From a virus (Duplodnaviria; Caudoviricetes), in the IMG/VR virus record IMGVR_UViG_3300027759_000044: DNA of 64,000 nt; one strand, written 5' to 3'. Below are positions 36,936 to 45,845 of this stretch, piece by piece; within the stretch, counting starts at the first letter, position 1, and the number at the start of each line of letters is the position of its first letter. Made by a program: the position numbers and the translations under genes. The notes beneath the pieces were generated by a model. That model did not search any database and was not told the origin of the DNA. It saw only the letters and a program-made list of their open reading frames with translations.

Positions 36936-37157
36936 ATGTCTCATCAAGAATTTGAAAGCAATGTGTCTTACTTGGTCCGTCCGTTGTTAAATGACAACGA
37001 ACACGCAGGATTTTTCTCTGATACTGGTACATTGTTTGCTGAATGTTCTGAAAATACTGCCCGTAGTATTTTTCACAGATTGAGCAAAGAATTTGGTGTC
37101 GGAAAAGTACAAATAAATGGTCCTATAAACGGTGAATACTCCTACGATTTTGAATAA
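36936..37157 (+). CDS. Small early hypothetical protein
   Basis: SD GAGG; start moved from 36876, which is the promoter -35. Confidence 0.7.
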   Translation: MSHQEFESNVSYLVRPLLNDNEHAGFFSDTGTLFAECSENTARSIFHRLSKEFGVGKVQINGPINGEYSYDFE

Positions 37158-37158
37158 T

Positions 37159-37187
37159 TTGACATTAAATGGAACTTGTGCTATAAT
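37159..37187 (+). promoter_or_regulatory. sigma70-type early promoter
   Basis: TTGACA-N17-TATAAT, perfect consensus. Confidence 0.85.
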
Positions 37188-37216
37188 ACATTTTCATTCA
37201 ATTGAAGGGTGCCAAC

Positions 37217-37402
37217 ATGACTGTAGCTATTATTAGTAATCTTCCGATATCGGAATTAGAAAAAGCACGGGTTCATTATAAACTTATCGCTAAACTAGTA
37301 GATAAGAAATTGAGAATCCGTTATCGTGGACCACGATATGATACAATGCGTTTGTATACCTTAAAAAGGCATGCTGTACGTTTTAGTGTTTACTTTGAAT
37401 AA
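37217..37402 (+). CDS. Small basic hypothetical protein
   Basis: ATG after AAGGG; start moved from 37202. Confidence 0.6.
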   Translation: MTVAIISNLPISELEKARVHYKLIAKLVDKKLRIRYRGPRYDTMRLYTLKRHAVRFSVYFE

Positions 37403-37412
37403 AAAAATTATT

Positions 37413-38228
37413 ATGAAAAACGACCGTGAATGGGCTGAGCCTGCAGAAAAAGAAGTTGCTGTGGCACTCAATGGTGGTACTACATCTACTCACATTACTG
37501 CCATTGCCGATAAAATTAAATCTCAAATAGTAACACGTTTTCCCAATGAGCAAATGGTAAAAGCTATTTGGATTGGTGGTGCTGATTATGGAAATGTAGG
37601 TGATGTTAGAATAGAACTTACATCATCTATTGTTCCAATTGAATTGAAATTCAGTTTAGAAGAAGGTAGAGGCACCGCTAAAAATCTTAGTGCTAAACTT
37701 TTTCAAAAAAGAATTGACCCATCAATTTTATCATATATTGAATATGATAAACAGTTTGGTTATAAAAAACAACGTTTTGATTTGATTGAATCATTGACTG
37801 GAAAGACATATAAAAGAGACAATGCTTATCATGCCGACTTGCGAATTTTACGTGACACTAATCCAAAAGTGTTAGATAAAATTGCTGATATTACAGCACC
37901 CGGTCAAGAAAAATATGCTGAGTACGTTGCTAAAGAATGTAATAATCATTTGGATAAAGTAAACATTCTAGTACAAAGCCTATTAAATAAACAAGTGCCC
38001 GATATGTTGTATTGTGTTGTTCGAAACTTTAATACATCCACTCAAGCAGTAGAGTTTATGGATTTTGATAAAGAAAATACAGTTGTCAAAGTAGTAGCAT
38101 CAGGAAAAAGTATTCGGTGTTTTAATAGTAATGGCAAAGACGTTGTAAGATTTTCTGTTCACTGGAAAAACATTTGCCAAGGTGGAAAGAGTCCCTGCTT
38201 TAATGTTTTCATTGGCAATGAATATTAA
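37413..38228 (+). CDS. Putative type II restriction endonuclease (PD-(D/E)xK)
   Basis: E near the N-terminus, GDVRIEL...PIELK active-site pattern, C-terminal RFSVHWKN..QG..SPCFNVF; adjacent to a methyltransferase. Confidence 0.55.
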   Translation: MKNDREWAEPAEKEVAVALNGGTTSTHITAIADKIKSQIVTRFPNEQMVKAIWIGGADYGNVGDVRIELTSSIVPIELKFSLEEGRGTAKNLSAKLFQKRIDPSILSYIEYDKQFGYKKQRFDLIESLTGKTYKRDNAYHADLRILRDTNPKVLDKIADITAPGQEKYAEYVAKECNNHLDKVNILVQSLLNKQVPDMLYCVVRNFNTSTQAVEFMDFDKENTVVKVVASGKSIRCFNSNGKDVVRFSVHWKNICQGGKSPCFNVFIGNEY

Positions 38229-38249
38229 TCTGGACACATATTTTCTAAA

Positions 38250-38257
38250 TATAAATA
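38250..38257 (+). promoter_or_regulatory. Perfect T4 late promoter TATAAATA
   Basis: Exact consensus between the endonuclease and methyltransferase genes. Confidence 0.55.
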
Positions 38258-38282
38258 AACTACATAAAGGTATAATAAAAGT

Positions 38283-39227
38283 ATGTTTCCATATATAGGC
38301 GGTAAAGCACATCACGTAGGTTGGTTAGACCCATTGTTCCCGAACAAATTTGATAAATTTGTAGAAGTGTTCGGCGGTGCAGGTTGGGTTAGTGTAAAAA
38401 GCAAAAAAGTAGAACAAGCTACTACTAGAATTTATAATGACTTTAATCCATTACTGGCTAACGTATATGAATGTTTTAGAACAGATCCTACAGGTCTATT
38501 GGCTAAAATGAATGCTACTACAAAAAGTGATATCAATTTGTATAAACAATATCAACAAGAACTATTCGGGACACTTGACTGGACTAAGGTAACATTAGGA
38601 GATATTGATTTAGCTGTAAAATACTTATATTTACAAACACAAGTTTTTGCTGGTACACCACTAAGCACTACTAATGTTCCTTATTTTACAGAAACAAAAG
38701 CAGGTGGAAAATATCCTAGCAAGTATGATACCCTTAAAAAGAAACTTGGTAAAGATGTTTTAGTTGATAGACTACAACAGATTACATCAGTTGAACAAAT
38801 GGATTGTATTGATCTCATAAAAAAGCATGATAGCAAAGATACATTCTTTTATGTAGATCCTCCCTACTATAAAATGGAATTCTACTATAGCAAAGACTTT
38901 CCCAGAGAGAAACATCAAGAACTAGCTGATGTTTTAGCTAATATTAAGGGTAAGTTTGCTCTAAGCTATTATGACTTTGATGAACTTAAAGAGTTTTATC
39001 CTGAAAACAAGTTTACATGGCATCGTCAGGGTGTTTACCGTAGTGCGGCTACTCGCAGTGGTAACAATGACAATTACAAAGAAAAGAGTAAAGGTACAGA
39101 GATTTTAATTATGAACTACAGTCCACCTGTAGTTGTACCAAAAGTTACTAAAAAACTCAAAACTAAAAAAACTGACACTAAAAAAACTGACACTAAATTA
39201 GATAGCAGTTTATTTGTTTACTCCTGA
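38283..39227 (+). CDS. DNA adenine methyltransferase (Dam-like, D12 class)
   Basis: FPYIGGK, VEVFGGAG, YND, FYVDPPY, LSYY and EILIMNY. Confidence 0.92.
   Translation: MFPYIGGKAHHVGWLDPLFPNKFDKFVEVFGGAGWVSVKSKKVEQATTRIYNDFNPLLANVYECFRTDPTGLLAKMNATTKSDINLYKQYQQELFGTLDWTKVTLGDIDLAVKYLYLQTQVFAGTPLSTTNVPYFTETKAGGKYPSKYDTLKKKLGKDVLVDRLQQITSVEQMDCIDLIKKHDSKDTFFYVDPPYYKMEFYYSKDFPREKHQELADVLANIKGKFALSYYDFDELKEFYPENKFTWHRQGVYRSAATRSGNNDNYKEKSKGTEILIMNYSPPVVVPKVTKKLKTKKTDTKKTDTKLDSSLFVYS
39163..39197 (+). repeat. 15-bp tandem repeat x2.3 in the methyltransferase tail
   Basis: CTAAAAAAACTGACA repeated; encodes KKTDTKKTDTK. Confidence 0.85.
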
Positions 39228-39229
39228 TA

Positions 39230-39258
39230 TTGACAATAAAAGTAAGTTGTGTTATACT
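39230..39258 (+). promoter_or_regulatory. sigma70-type promoter (leaderless)
   Basis: TTGACA-N17-TATACT; ATG 39265 falls at the expected +1. Confidence 0.75.
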
Positions 39259-39264
39259 TCAATT

Positions 39265-39429
39265 ATGAACGAAAAAGTTGAACTTTACTGTACCCAAAAT
39301 GACGAAGGTCAATGGTTAGTATGGTTCCCTCATCCTCTAGGTGGAATGGATGTATTAGAATCATTTGATAATGAATCTGATGCTAAAATTTTTTATCAAC
39401 AACAATTAAATGACGCAGACTATACATGA
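39265..39429 (+). CDS. Small hypothetical protein
   Basis: Start moved from 39214; ATGA-coupled to RNase H. Confidence 0.6.
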   Translation: MNEKVELYCTQNDEGQWLVWFPHPLGGMDVLESFDNESDAKIFYQQQLNDADYT

Positions 39430-40430
39430 GCTCCAAATACGCACTAATCGATACCGCAAATACTTTCTTCAGGGCACGGCATGTTGCTTCACGCAATAGC
39501 ACAACAGAGGAGAAGATAGGCATGGCCTTACATCTGACATTAGCAAGTGTCAATCAAGCTGTAAAACGTTTTGGCATTGACCACTGCGTTTTCTGTTTAG
39601 AAGGTAGGAGCTTCCGCAAAGATACATATGCTCCTTATAAAAAGAATCGTGTAGTTGATGCTATGTCTATTACTGAAACAGAGGCCGAAGAGTCAAAAAT
39701 GTTTTGGGAAACATACTCAAAATTTACCCAATATATTTCAGAGAAGACCAATGTAACTGTATTAAGACACGAACGGGCTGAAGCGGACGATATGATTGCC
39801 CGCTGGATTCACATGCATCCAGCAGATTCACACTGGATAATTTCCACAGATAGCGATTTTCAACAATTAGTGGCGCCAAATGTTAAAATTTATAATGGGG
39901 TAACTAACGAGTTAATTACACTTGAAGGATATTTTAAAGAAAATGGTAAGCCAGTTCTTGATAAGAAAACTAAAGAACCCAAACTATTAGAAGATCCTGA
40001 GTATATTTTATTTCGCAAAATTTGCAGGGGGGATCCGGGCGATAATATTTTTGCGGCCTATCCCGGAGCTAGAGAAAAAGGCACTAAGAATAAAGTTGGC
40101 ATTCTTGAAGCGTTTCAAGATCGTCATAAAATGGGCTACAACCATAACAATTTCATGCTTAGCCGATGGACCGACCATGAGGGTAATGAAGTAAGAGTTA
40201 GGGACGCTTTTGAAAGAAATCGAGGCTTGATAGATTTAACAGCACAACCTCAAGAAATCAAAGATGCTGTGGATCAACGTATCCGTGAAAGTGTACGAGT
40301 TGAGACTACGCCTCACGTAGGAATTCATTTTATGAAATTCTGCGGCCGATATGATTTGGTAAAACTTAGTTCACAAGCGGATTCTTATGCGGCATGGTTA
40401 AATTCACCATATACAGGGAGTTTAGTATGA
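39426..40430 (+). CDS. rnh: T4 RNase H-like 5'-3' exonuclease
   Basis: LIDTANTFFR, FR...Y..YKKNR, EADDMIA, STDSDF and GDPGDNI. Confidence 0.9.
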   Translation: MSSKYALIDTANTFFRARHVASRNSTTEEKIGMALHLTLASVNQAVKRFGIDHCVFCLEGRSFRKDTYAPYKKNRVVDAMSITETEAEESKMFWETYSKFTQYISEKTNVTVLRHERAEADDMIARWIHMHPADSHWIISTDSDFQQLVAPNVKIYNGVTNELITLEGYFKENGKPVLDKKTKEPKLLEDPEYILFRKICRGDPGDNIFAAYPGAREKGTKNKVGILEAFQDRHKMGYNHNNFMLSRWTDHEGNEVRVRDAFERNRGLIDLTAQPQEIKDAVDQRIRESVRVETTPHVGIHFMKFCGRYDLVKLSSQADSYAAWLNSPYTGSLV

Positions 40431-40639
40431 GTGAACGAATCAGAGAATTGATTAAACAGGTAGGAACCGATGTAAGCGGTAAATGGATGAATGTTGACAA
40501 TGTAGAAAAGTTCGCCGAGTTGATTGTGCAGGAATGTGTTGAAGTTGCTGACCATTCCAATGTTAACGGCAAAAGCATAATTGGTGAACGGATTAAACAA
40601 CATTTCGGAGTTGAAACTTGGGAAAAACTAGGAGAATGA
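40427..40639 (+). CDS. Small protein of the EKFAELIVxEC family
   Basis: ATGA-coupled; related to 48271 and 48488. Confidence 0.7.
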   Translation: MSERIRELIKQVGTDVSGKWMNVDNVEKFAELIVQECVEVADHSNVNGKSIIGERIKQHFGVETWEKLGE

Positions 40640-40640
40640 A

Positions 40641-40838
40641 ATGAATAGAGATTACAATAACCTACAATACATTTTAAACAAAACACCAGATGAATTACAT
40701 AAGTGGTGGAACTCATTGGATGATGAGGATCAATCATATGCTATGGAAATCATTATAGAATATCGTAAAATGCTAGATGAACCAATAGTAGAGGATTTGT
40801 CTATTGCCCGTGATATACTAAAACAGTTTATGTTATAA
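40641..40838 (+). CDS. Small hypothetical protein
   Basis: SD GGAG; compact operon packing. Confidence 0.65.
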   Translation: MNRDYNNLQYILNKTPDELHKWWNSLDDEDQSYAMEIIIEYRKMLDEPIVEDLSIARDILKQFML

Positions 40839-41077
40839 TGGCAAGTTTAGCAGAATATTTCAAAGCTAACCGATACTCGGGTAAATATAGTATCGGTGAC
40901 CGTGTTATAGGTAAATGGAATAAGATTCCCTTTGTCGGTACGGTGGGTAATGATACACTAATCAATGAGATTGAAGGTCCAAGAATTAGTGTACATTTAG
41001 ATTTACCTATCAAATATAAGGATGTAGTATATAACGTTTTAATTGTTAAACACAAAGATATAAGGTTATTCACATGA
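40838..41077 (+). CDS. Small SH3-like hypothetical protein
   Basis: IGDRV.G.W..IPFVGTV beta-rich pattern; coupled. Confidence 0.6.
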   Translation: MASLAEYFKANRYSGKYSIGDRVIGKWNKIPFVGTVGNDTLINEIEGPRISVHLDLPIKYKDVVYNVLIVKHKDIRLFT

Positions 41078-41358
41078 GCAACATATCCGCACCCACTCCC
41101 TTACTTAATTATACCTTACGGTATAATATGCTAAAAGATATCATAGAAGCTACAAAGAAAAATGATATTAAAAGGGATGACAATAGGGAAAAAGATAAAA
41201 TATTAAGTATACAATCAGACAAACGTTTGGATCAACATAGGTTATTTTTAGAAAACATACAAGAAGTAAAACGATATGAATCGTTGAAACTTACCCGAGA
41301 ATACCAGGAGTACCAATATCTATATAGTTTAGGTACAAAGGTTGACAAATACATTTAA
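41074..41358 (+). CDS. Hypothetical protein
   Basis: ATGA-coupled ORF. Confidence 0.55.
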   Translation: MSNISAPTPLLNYTLRYNMLKDIIEATKKNDIKRDDNREKDKILSIQSDKRLDQHRLFLENIQEVKRYESLKLTREYQEYQYLYSLGTKVDKYI

Positions 41359-41370
41359 TAATGTTACACT
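41342..41370 (+). promoter_or_regulatory. sigma70-type promoter
   Basis: TTGACA-N17-TACACT. Confidence 0.75.
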
Positions 41371-41388
41371 TACACAGAGGAATAAAAA

Positions 41389-41850
41389 ATGACAAAAACA
41401 CTAATTGCTAAACCTGTAGTTAAAAATCAATTCTGGATTGTTACAGATGGTAAAGAAAAAGTTGGTAACGTATTAGCTGATGGATCCGGCTTTGAAGTTA
41501 AATTGAATGGCAATAAAAGTCATTATAAAAACACTACGGCTATCAAACGTAAAACAAATATTGAATTTGAATCTGTTCAAAAAGCAGATAAAACTAAACA
41601 TGACCTACCCTTCAAGGTGTATCCTACAACAGGAAAAGTGTTTAATAGCATGTTAGATATCAAACGTAAATTACATTTATTTACAACAGGAACTAAAAGC
41701 AAGTGTTATCATGCCGCAGGCTGGTTTGTAATACAACAGGGAAGTGAAAAAACAACAGTTTTTTGTCCTAAATACATCTTTATTGAGCGGTATCCATATT
41801 ATGGTCCGTATAAAACAGAAGATGAAGCAAAAAGCATGATAAATAACTAA
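41389..41850 (+). CDS. Conserved-looking hypothetical protein
   Basis: SD GAGG; FCPKYIFIERYPY.GP motif. Confidence 0.7.
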   Translation: MTKTLIAKPVVKNQFWIVTDGKEKVGNVLADGSGFEVKLNGNKSHYKNTTAIKRKTNIEFESVQKADKTKHDLPFKVYPTTGKVFNSMLDIKRKLHLFTTGTKSKCYHAAGWFVIQQGSEKTTVFCPKYIFIERYPYYGPYKTEDEAKSMINN

Positions 41851-42050
41851 TGATACATATTAAGCGATTCGTGGATAAAATTACCCTGATAGAAGGCAAA
41901 CAGGGACGAGATGTGGTTATTCCCATAAGTGAGGCCCGCGGATTGCGTGATGAGTTAACTAAATTACTTGTAGATAACTATGAACTTTTACAAAATACAA
42001 ACAAAGTAGAACCAGTATTTCAAGTAGAGATGAACGGTGGTAGATTTTAA
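41850..42050 (+). CDS. Small hypothetical protein
   Basis: ATAAATA (41839-41845) 4 nt upstream; coupled. Confidence 0.7.
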   Translation: MIHIKRFVDKITLIEGKQGRDVVIPISEARGLRDELTKLLVDNYELLQNTNKVEPVFQVEMNGGRF

Positions 42051-42343
42051 TGAGTAGAACACAACCTAAAATATTGCTTGAATTAGTAGACAAAGTAACA
42101 TACAAATGTGATCAAATTGTAGAAGCCGCGGGTATCTGGGCTGTATTTTATGACGGTCAACCTATCAATTTAAAAAGCCAACACTACTTAGATAACGAAG
42201 CTACACCTAAGTATAAAAAAACTAGCTTCAGTAACCCAGGACATGCACGTAATTTATGTCGTAAATTGAATGTACAATTCAAAACAGATAAGTTTACAGT
42301 TGTGTTTATGAACTCCGGTAGAGTTGTCTACCCAGATGAATAA
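42050..42343 (+). CDS. Conserved-looking hypothetical protein
   Basis: WAVFYDGQPINLK...KYKKTSFSNPGHA. Confidence 0.75.
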   Translation: MSRTQPKILLELVDKVTYKCDQIVEAAGIWAVFYDGQPINLKSQHYLDNEATPKYKKTSFSNPGHARNLCRKLNVQFKTDKFTVVFMNSGRVVYPDE

Positions 42344-42743
42344 GCGTAAGACACTTAAAGAAACTATAACAGAAGTTGTATTGGCTCAACTTCCTGATTC
42401 ATTACTCCAAGAAAAAAACATCTCAGTAGATAAGCTACTATTCAAGTGGTGGATGACTGGGCGCCAAGATGGCTTGCGTTTAACTGATGTGGGTGATCTA
42501 GCATTTAGAACAGCAGAAATAGAATTCTATCAGTATGAACTCAAAATACAGCCCGAAACTCAATATCATGCTTACATACTAGAACTCAATAAAAAAATTA
42601 AGTGCCCATATTATATGGGGGTAAATAAACTTGAAAAAAGAAGTTTTCCCTACATCCGATTTTATGACAGTAAAATTGCTATGATGATTAGTCTGTATGG
42701 AAATGTAAATGAATATTTAGATAGCATAAAGGTAAAAAAATGA
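42324..42743 (+). CDS. Hypothetical protein
   Basis: ORF in a compact operon. Confidence 0.7.
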   Translation: MSTQMNKRKTLKETITEVVLAQLPDSLLQEKNISVDKLLFKWWMTGRQDGLRLTDVGDLAFRTAEIEFYQYELKIQPETQYHAYILELNKKIKCPYYMGVNKLEKRSFPYIRFYDSKIAMMISLYGNVNEYLDSIKVKK

Positions 42744-42904
42744 CAGAAAAGAAAAACCCAAATCCATTTATTAATTTAGCTAACGAAGCTAAAAAGAAAA
42801 ACACACCAATGTTAACAGGTAAAAAGTCTGAACAAAAAGCTCCAAAGCCTAGTAAAGGTTTTGGCGGTTCAAGTGTTGTGCGTAGAACGGGAAGGGGTGG
42901 TTAA
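42740..42904 (+). CDS. 54-aa basic protein (below the ORF-track cutoff)
   Basis: MTEKKNPNPF...RRTGRGG; ATGA-coupled. Confidence 0.6.
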   Translation: MTEKKNPNPFINLANEAKKKNTPMLTGKKSEQKAPKPSKGFGGSSVVRRTGRGG

Positions 42905-43383
42905 TACCACTCACCTTCATTACGCATACGTTTAATGAAGTTTAAATAGGTACTACACACTCCGTAGCATCTTAAATGTACTGTACTGAGTAATCCGCGA
43001 TCTTTAAGTTCAGGTAAAACAATAATACTAGTATCATTAACTGGAACAGTTCCTGGTGTCCATAACTTATTACTACTAGTTAGTGCATTGACCATACTAT
43101 TAGGTTGATAGAAGTAGTTTGGATATTGTCTTAATGATTGTGTAGTAAACCAATCATATGTTTCCTGATTACCGCATTTAATCCAAAAACGATTACCCTG
43201 TAGATATTTGTCAGTAACTGGGATAGGTGCTTGTTCTGGCCCTACACAAAGGATGCTATCTATCCTCCAAACATCAACCATACAAGAGAAACCATTATTA
43301 AATGATCTGCCTATTTGGTCGGGAGTATTGGCATCTTCATAGTTTTTTCCATCAAAGATTCCCTGATAAGATATATATAACAT
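42901..43383 (-). CDS. Degenerate PLC-like/glycerophosphodiester phosphodiesterase-fold protein
   Basis: ISYQG (cf. IAHRG), ANTPDQI (cf. ENT...I), GFSCMVDVW (cf. GFDVEIDVW) and GPE (cf. GHD). Late core 43388-43394 lies 4 nt upstream. Confidence 0.55.
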   Translation of the reverse strand: MLYISYQGIFDGKNYEDANTPDQIGRSFNNGFSCMVDVWRIDSILCVGPEQAPIPVTDKYLQGNRFWIKCGNQETYDWFTTQSLRQYPNYFYQPNSMVNALTSSNKLWTPGTVPVNDTSIIVLPELKDRGLLSTVHLRCYGVCSTYLNFIKRMRNEGEWY

Positions 43384-43472
43384 AATGTATTTATGTCAAC
43401 GAAACAGTTGGCTACCGCGTTATATATATGTAGACTATAAAATCTACTTCATTAACTTAAAGGAAACTTAAA

Positions 43473-43733
43473 ATGAAAACATTAGCAATCGCCCTAATCA
43501 CAACGTTATCAGTAGCTACAGCAATGGCAGCTGAACCAGCAAAAGCTCCAGCAACACCTGCTCCGGCTGCTACAGCACCGGCTGCACCAGCTAAAGCAGA
43601 GGCGCCAAAAGAAGAAATGAAATTGGCTAAGAAAAAGGACGCTCCCAAGGCAGACACTAAAAGTGATGCCAAAACTGCTAGTCCAGCACCAGCAAAAGCT
43701 GACGATAAAAAAGCCGAAACTTCTAAGAAGTAA
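43473..43733 (+). CDS. Secreted low-complexity Ala/Pro/Lys-rich small protein
   Basis: Signal peptide ending AMA, then AP/AK repeats; SD AAGGA. Confidence 0.75.
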   Translation: MKTLAIALITTLSVATAMAAEPAKAPATPAPAATAPAAPAKAEAPKEEMKLAKKKDAPKADTKSDAKTASPAPAKADDKKAETSKK

Positions 43734-43950
43734 TCCATACCGACTCATAGCAATTAGAACCTGGGGTCTTGATCCTAATAAGGTTCTAGTTGATGATGAG
43801 GACATATTAGTTAATTCCCGTCGTATTATACTAAAGATTGAAACCTCTTTAGATATCAATGAGGACTTAACTGATTATGTTCAGTTGAGATTGTTTCTGG
43901 CCAGAGAAATGGCTATGTCAAAATATAGAGAAATCTATCAACCGGCATAA
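43663..43950 (+). CDS. Hypothetical protein, true start uncertain
   Basis: Fills the gap 43734-43950, but the annotated start overlaps the upstream gene. Confidence 0.35.
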   Translation: MMPKLLVQHQQKLTIKKPKLLRSNPYRLIAIRTWGLDPNKVLVDDEDILVNSRRIILKIETSLDINEDLTDYVQLRLFLAREMAMSKYREIYQPA

Positions 43951-44016
43951 ATATATATGAAGTTACGGGTTCTTCATAAAAACCTAACTTTTAAACACAC
44001 ACATAGGAGATATAAA

Positions 44017-44289
44017 ATGTTTAACACAGCAACTTACGCCTTTATTGACGGCGTTTCAGACTTTAAAAAGAAATTCGTAGAACAAACAGTTCAACACGAA
44101 GGCATCAAAACAGCAATGAATTCATTCGTTGATGCACAAGCAAAATACACTAAATCAGCCGCAGATGCAGGAATGCAATCTATGATGGCTTTGGGTATGA
44201 TTTTCACAAGCAAAGATTTCTACACAGAAATGGGTGATCAGTTTAAAACAATGGTCCCTGCTTTTAATACAAAGAAAGCTAAAAAGTAA
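44017..44289 (+). CDS. Helical small protein, possibly phasin-like
   Basis: SD AGGAGA; late core ATAAATA at 43947 and a structured leader. Amphipathic helical sequence. Start moved from 43957. Confidence 0.6.
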   Translation: MFNTATYAFIDGVSDFKKKFVEQTVQHEGIKTAMNSFVDAQAKYTKSAADAGMQSMMALGMIFTSKDFYTEMGDQFKTMVPAFNTKKAKK

Positions 44290-44290
44290 T

Positions 44291-44458
44291 ATGAAGAAAA
44301 TTCTAGGAATGCTATTAGTGTTCCTAGGTTTCTCTACAGATACCTATGGCACTGAGTTAGAAAAATATATAGTCGGCCGAAATCCACAAGATATAGGCGA
44401 CATTGAGCGATTGACCTATGAGTTCCATCGCAAACAATCAAATTGGAGATTTCTATGA
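44291..44458 (+). CDS. Small hypothetical protein
   Basis: LEKYI..RNPQD..DIERL..EF; start moved from 44234. Confidence 0.6.
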   Translation: MKKILGMLLVFLGFSTDTYGTELEKYIVGRNPQDIGDIERLTYEFHRKQSNWRFL

Positions 44459-44538
44459 ACACACTTAAACAACTATTTCAAAGCCTCTTAGAGGCAATCA
44501 GCGATATTAAAAAATATAAAGCAAGTAAAATGCCATGA
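44455..44538 (+). CDS. 27-aa peptide
   Basis: SD GGAG, ATGA-coupled; MNTLKQLFQSLLEAISDIKKYKASKMP. Confidence 0.4.
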   Translation: MNTLKQLFQSLLEAISDIKKYKASKMP

Positions 44539-44660
44539 TAGTTACTAATTGGTGGCCGGTTTCAGATGAAGAATGGGAAAGATTGAATTTCCCCGAAAGA
44601 TTTGAACAACCTAAAAAAATGCTATATACTATCTGAACATTTATACAGTAAGGAAACAAA

Positions 44661-44927
44661 ATGTCAGACTACACACCAAAAGTACCAGAAGTTAAATTCA
44701 ATAAAAACGGTTACGAGATTCGTACTGAAATTCTTAGACAAGCACAAGACCTTGTTGGCCAAGAGTTTTCATACAAATGGCAAGGTTGGGAAGTTTCTCA
44801 AGAAAAAGATAAAGATGGTAAACTTGTAACTAAAGTAGGTATGCCAGAATTTCCCGGAGTTGACAAAGTTTTAGAAACTGCGGAAAAGATGTACAGCTTT
44901 GTAAATCAAGCCACTAATAAAAAATAA
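44661..44927 (+). CDS. Conserved-looking hypothetical protein
   Basis: SD AAGGA; NKNGYEIR..IL..A.D motif. Confidence 0.75.
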   Translation: MSDYTPKVPEVKFNKNGYEIRTEILRQAQDLVGQEFSYKWQGWEVSQEKDKDGKLVTKVGMPEFPGVDKVLETAEKMYSFVNQATNKK

Positions 44928-45826
44928 TGAAACACAATAAATTGACCATTGTGTCCGTATTTGGACACAACGATGGTTCCGCTGCCATACCTTCTATAGT
45001 TAAAAGTATGCAGGAATTACCCGGTAGTAAAGGACTACTTCTGTCTCCGGTAAAACCACAAAATTTACCAACTTCAGTTGAGTGGAAAAAAATTGGTAAT
45101 TTAACTTATAAACAATACTCAGTTTTTATGATGCATTCTTTATATGCGTTTATTGAAACAGATTATTGTTTAGTAGTACAAGAAGATAGTTGGGTATTAA
45201 ACGGTAAAATGTTAACTAAAGAATTCTATCAATATGATTACGTTGGTCCACCGACACATTGTGGATTTCAATTTAATAAAGAAAATACGCTAATAGAAGC
45301 TTTATATTTAAAATATCAATGGATTCATTATTCAAATATAGAAGTAGTACAAAATGGTGGATTTTCATTAAGAAGTAAAAAATTTTTAGAAGCATGTAAT
45401 GTTCATGGTATTACTCATACTTCTCCCGATCCAGTAAAATTAACAAATATTAATAATATTAAAGAGGAACTGTTATGGAGTCATATTTGGAATGAAGATG
45501 TACATCTTACAGGGTTGATTAAACATCAATTAATTAGTCATGGTTATAAATTTGCACCATTGGAGGTAGCAACAAGATTTGCTATTGAATATCTAGATCC
45601 TATATTACATACTGGAATAAACTTTGACGAAATAGTAGGTCATCATGCTAAATCTAGAATTCTACTAGACAATAATCGAGTTATGGTACCAAACAATATC
45701 AGTCAGATGGAAAATTCAACTGAATTAGAAAAAGAATTAATCCATTGGATGTCTACTAAAAAGGGATATACTATTACAGTAGATCCTAATTGGGCTAGCG
45801 AATTTAATACCGTCATCCCCGCCTAA
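44927..45826 (+). CDS. DUF5672-like glycosyltransferase-fold protein, copy 1
   Basis: VQEDSWVLN, YDYVGPP, NGGFSLRSKKFL and WNED. Confidence 0.7.
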   Translation: MKHNKLTIVSVFGHNDGSAAIPSIVKSMQELPGSKGLLLSPVKPQNLPTSVEWKKIGNLTYKQYSVFMMHSLYAFIETDYCLVVQEDSWVLNGKMLTKEFYQYDYVGPPTHCGFQFNKENTLIEALYLKYQWIHYSNIEVVQNGGFSLRSKKFLEACNVHGITHTSPDPVKLTNINNIKEELLWSHIWNEDVHLTGLIKHQLISHGYKFAPLEVATRFAIEYLDPILHTGINFDEIVGHHAKSRILLDNNRVMVPNNISQMENSTELEKELIHWMSTKKGYTITVDPNWASEFNTVIPA

Positions 45827-45845
45827 ATCACTAATAAAAATATTA

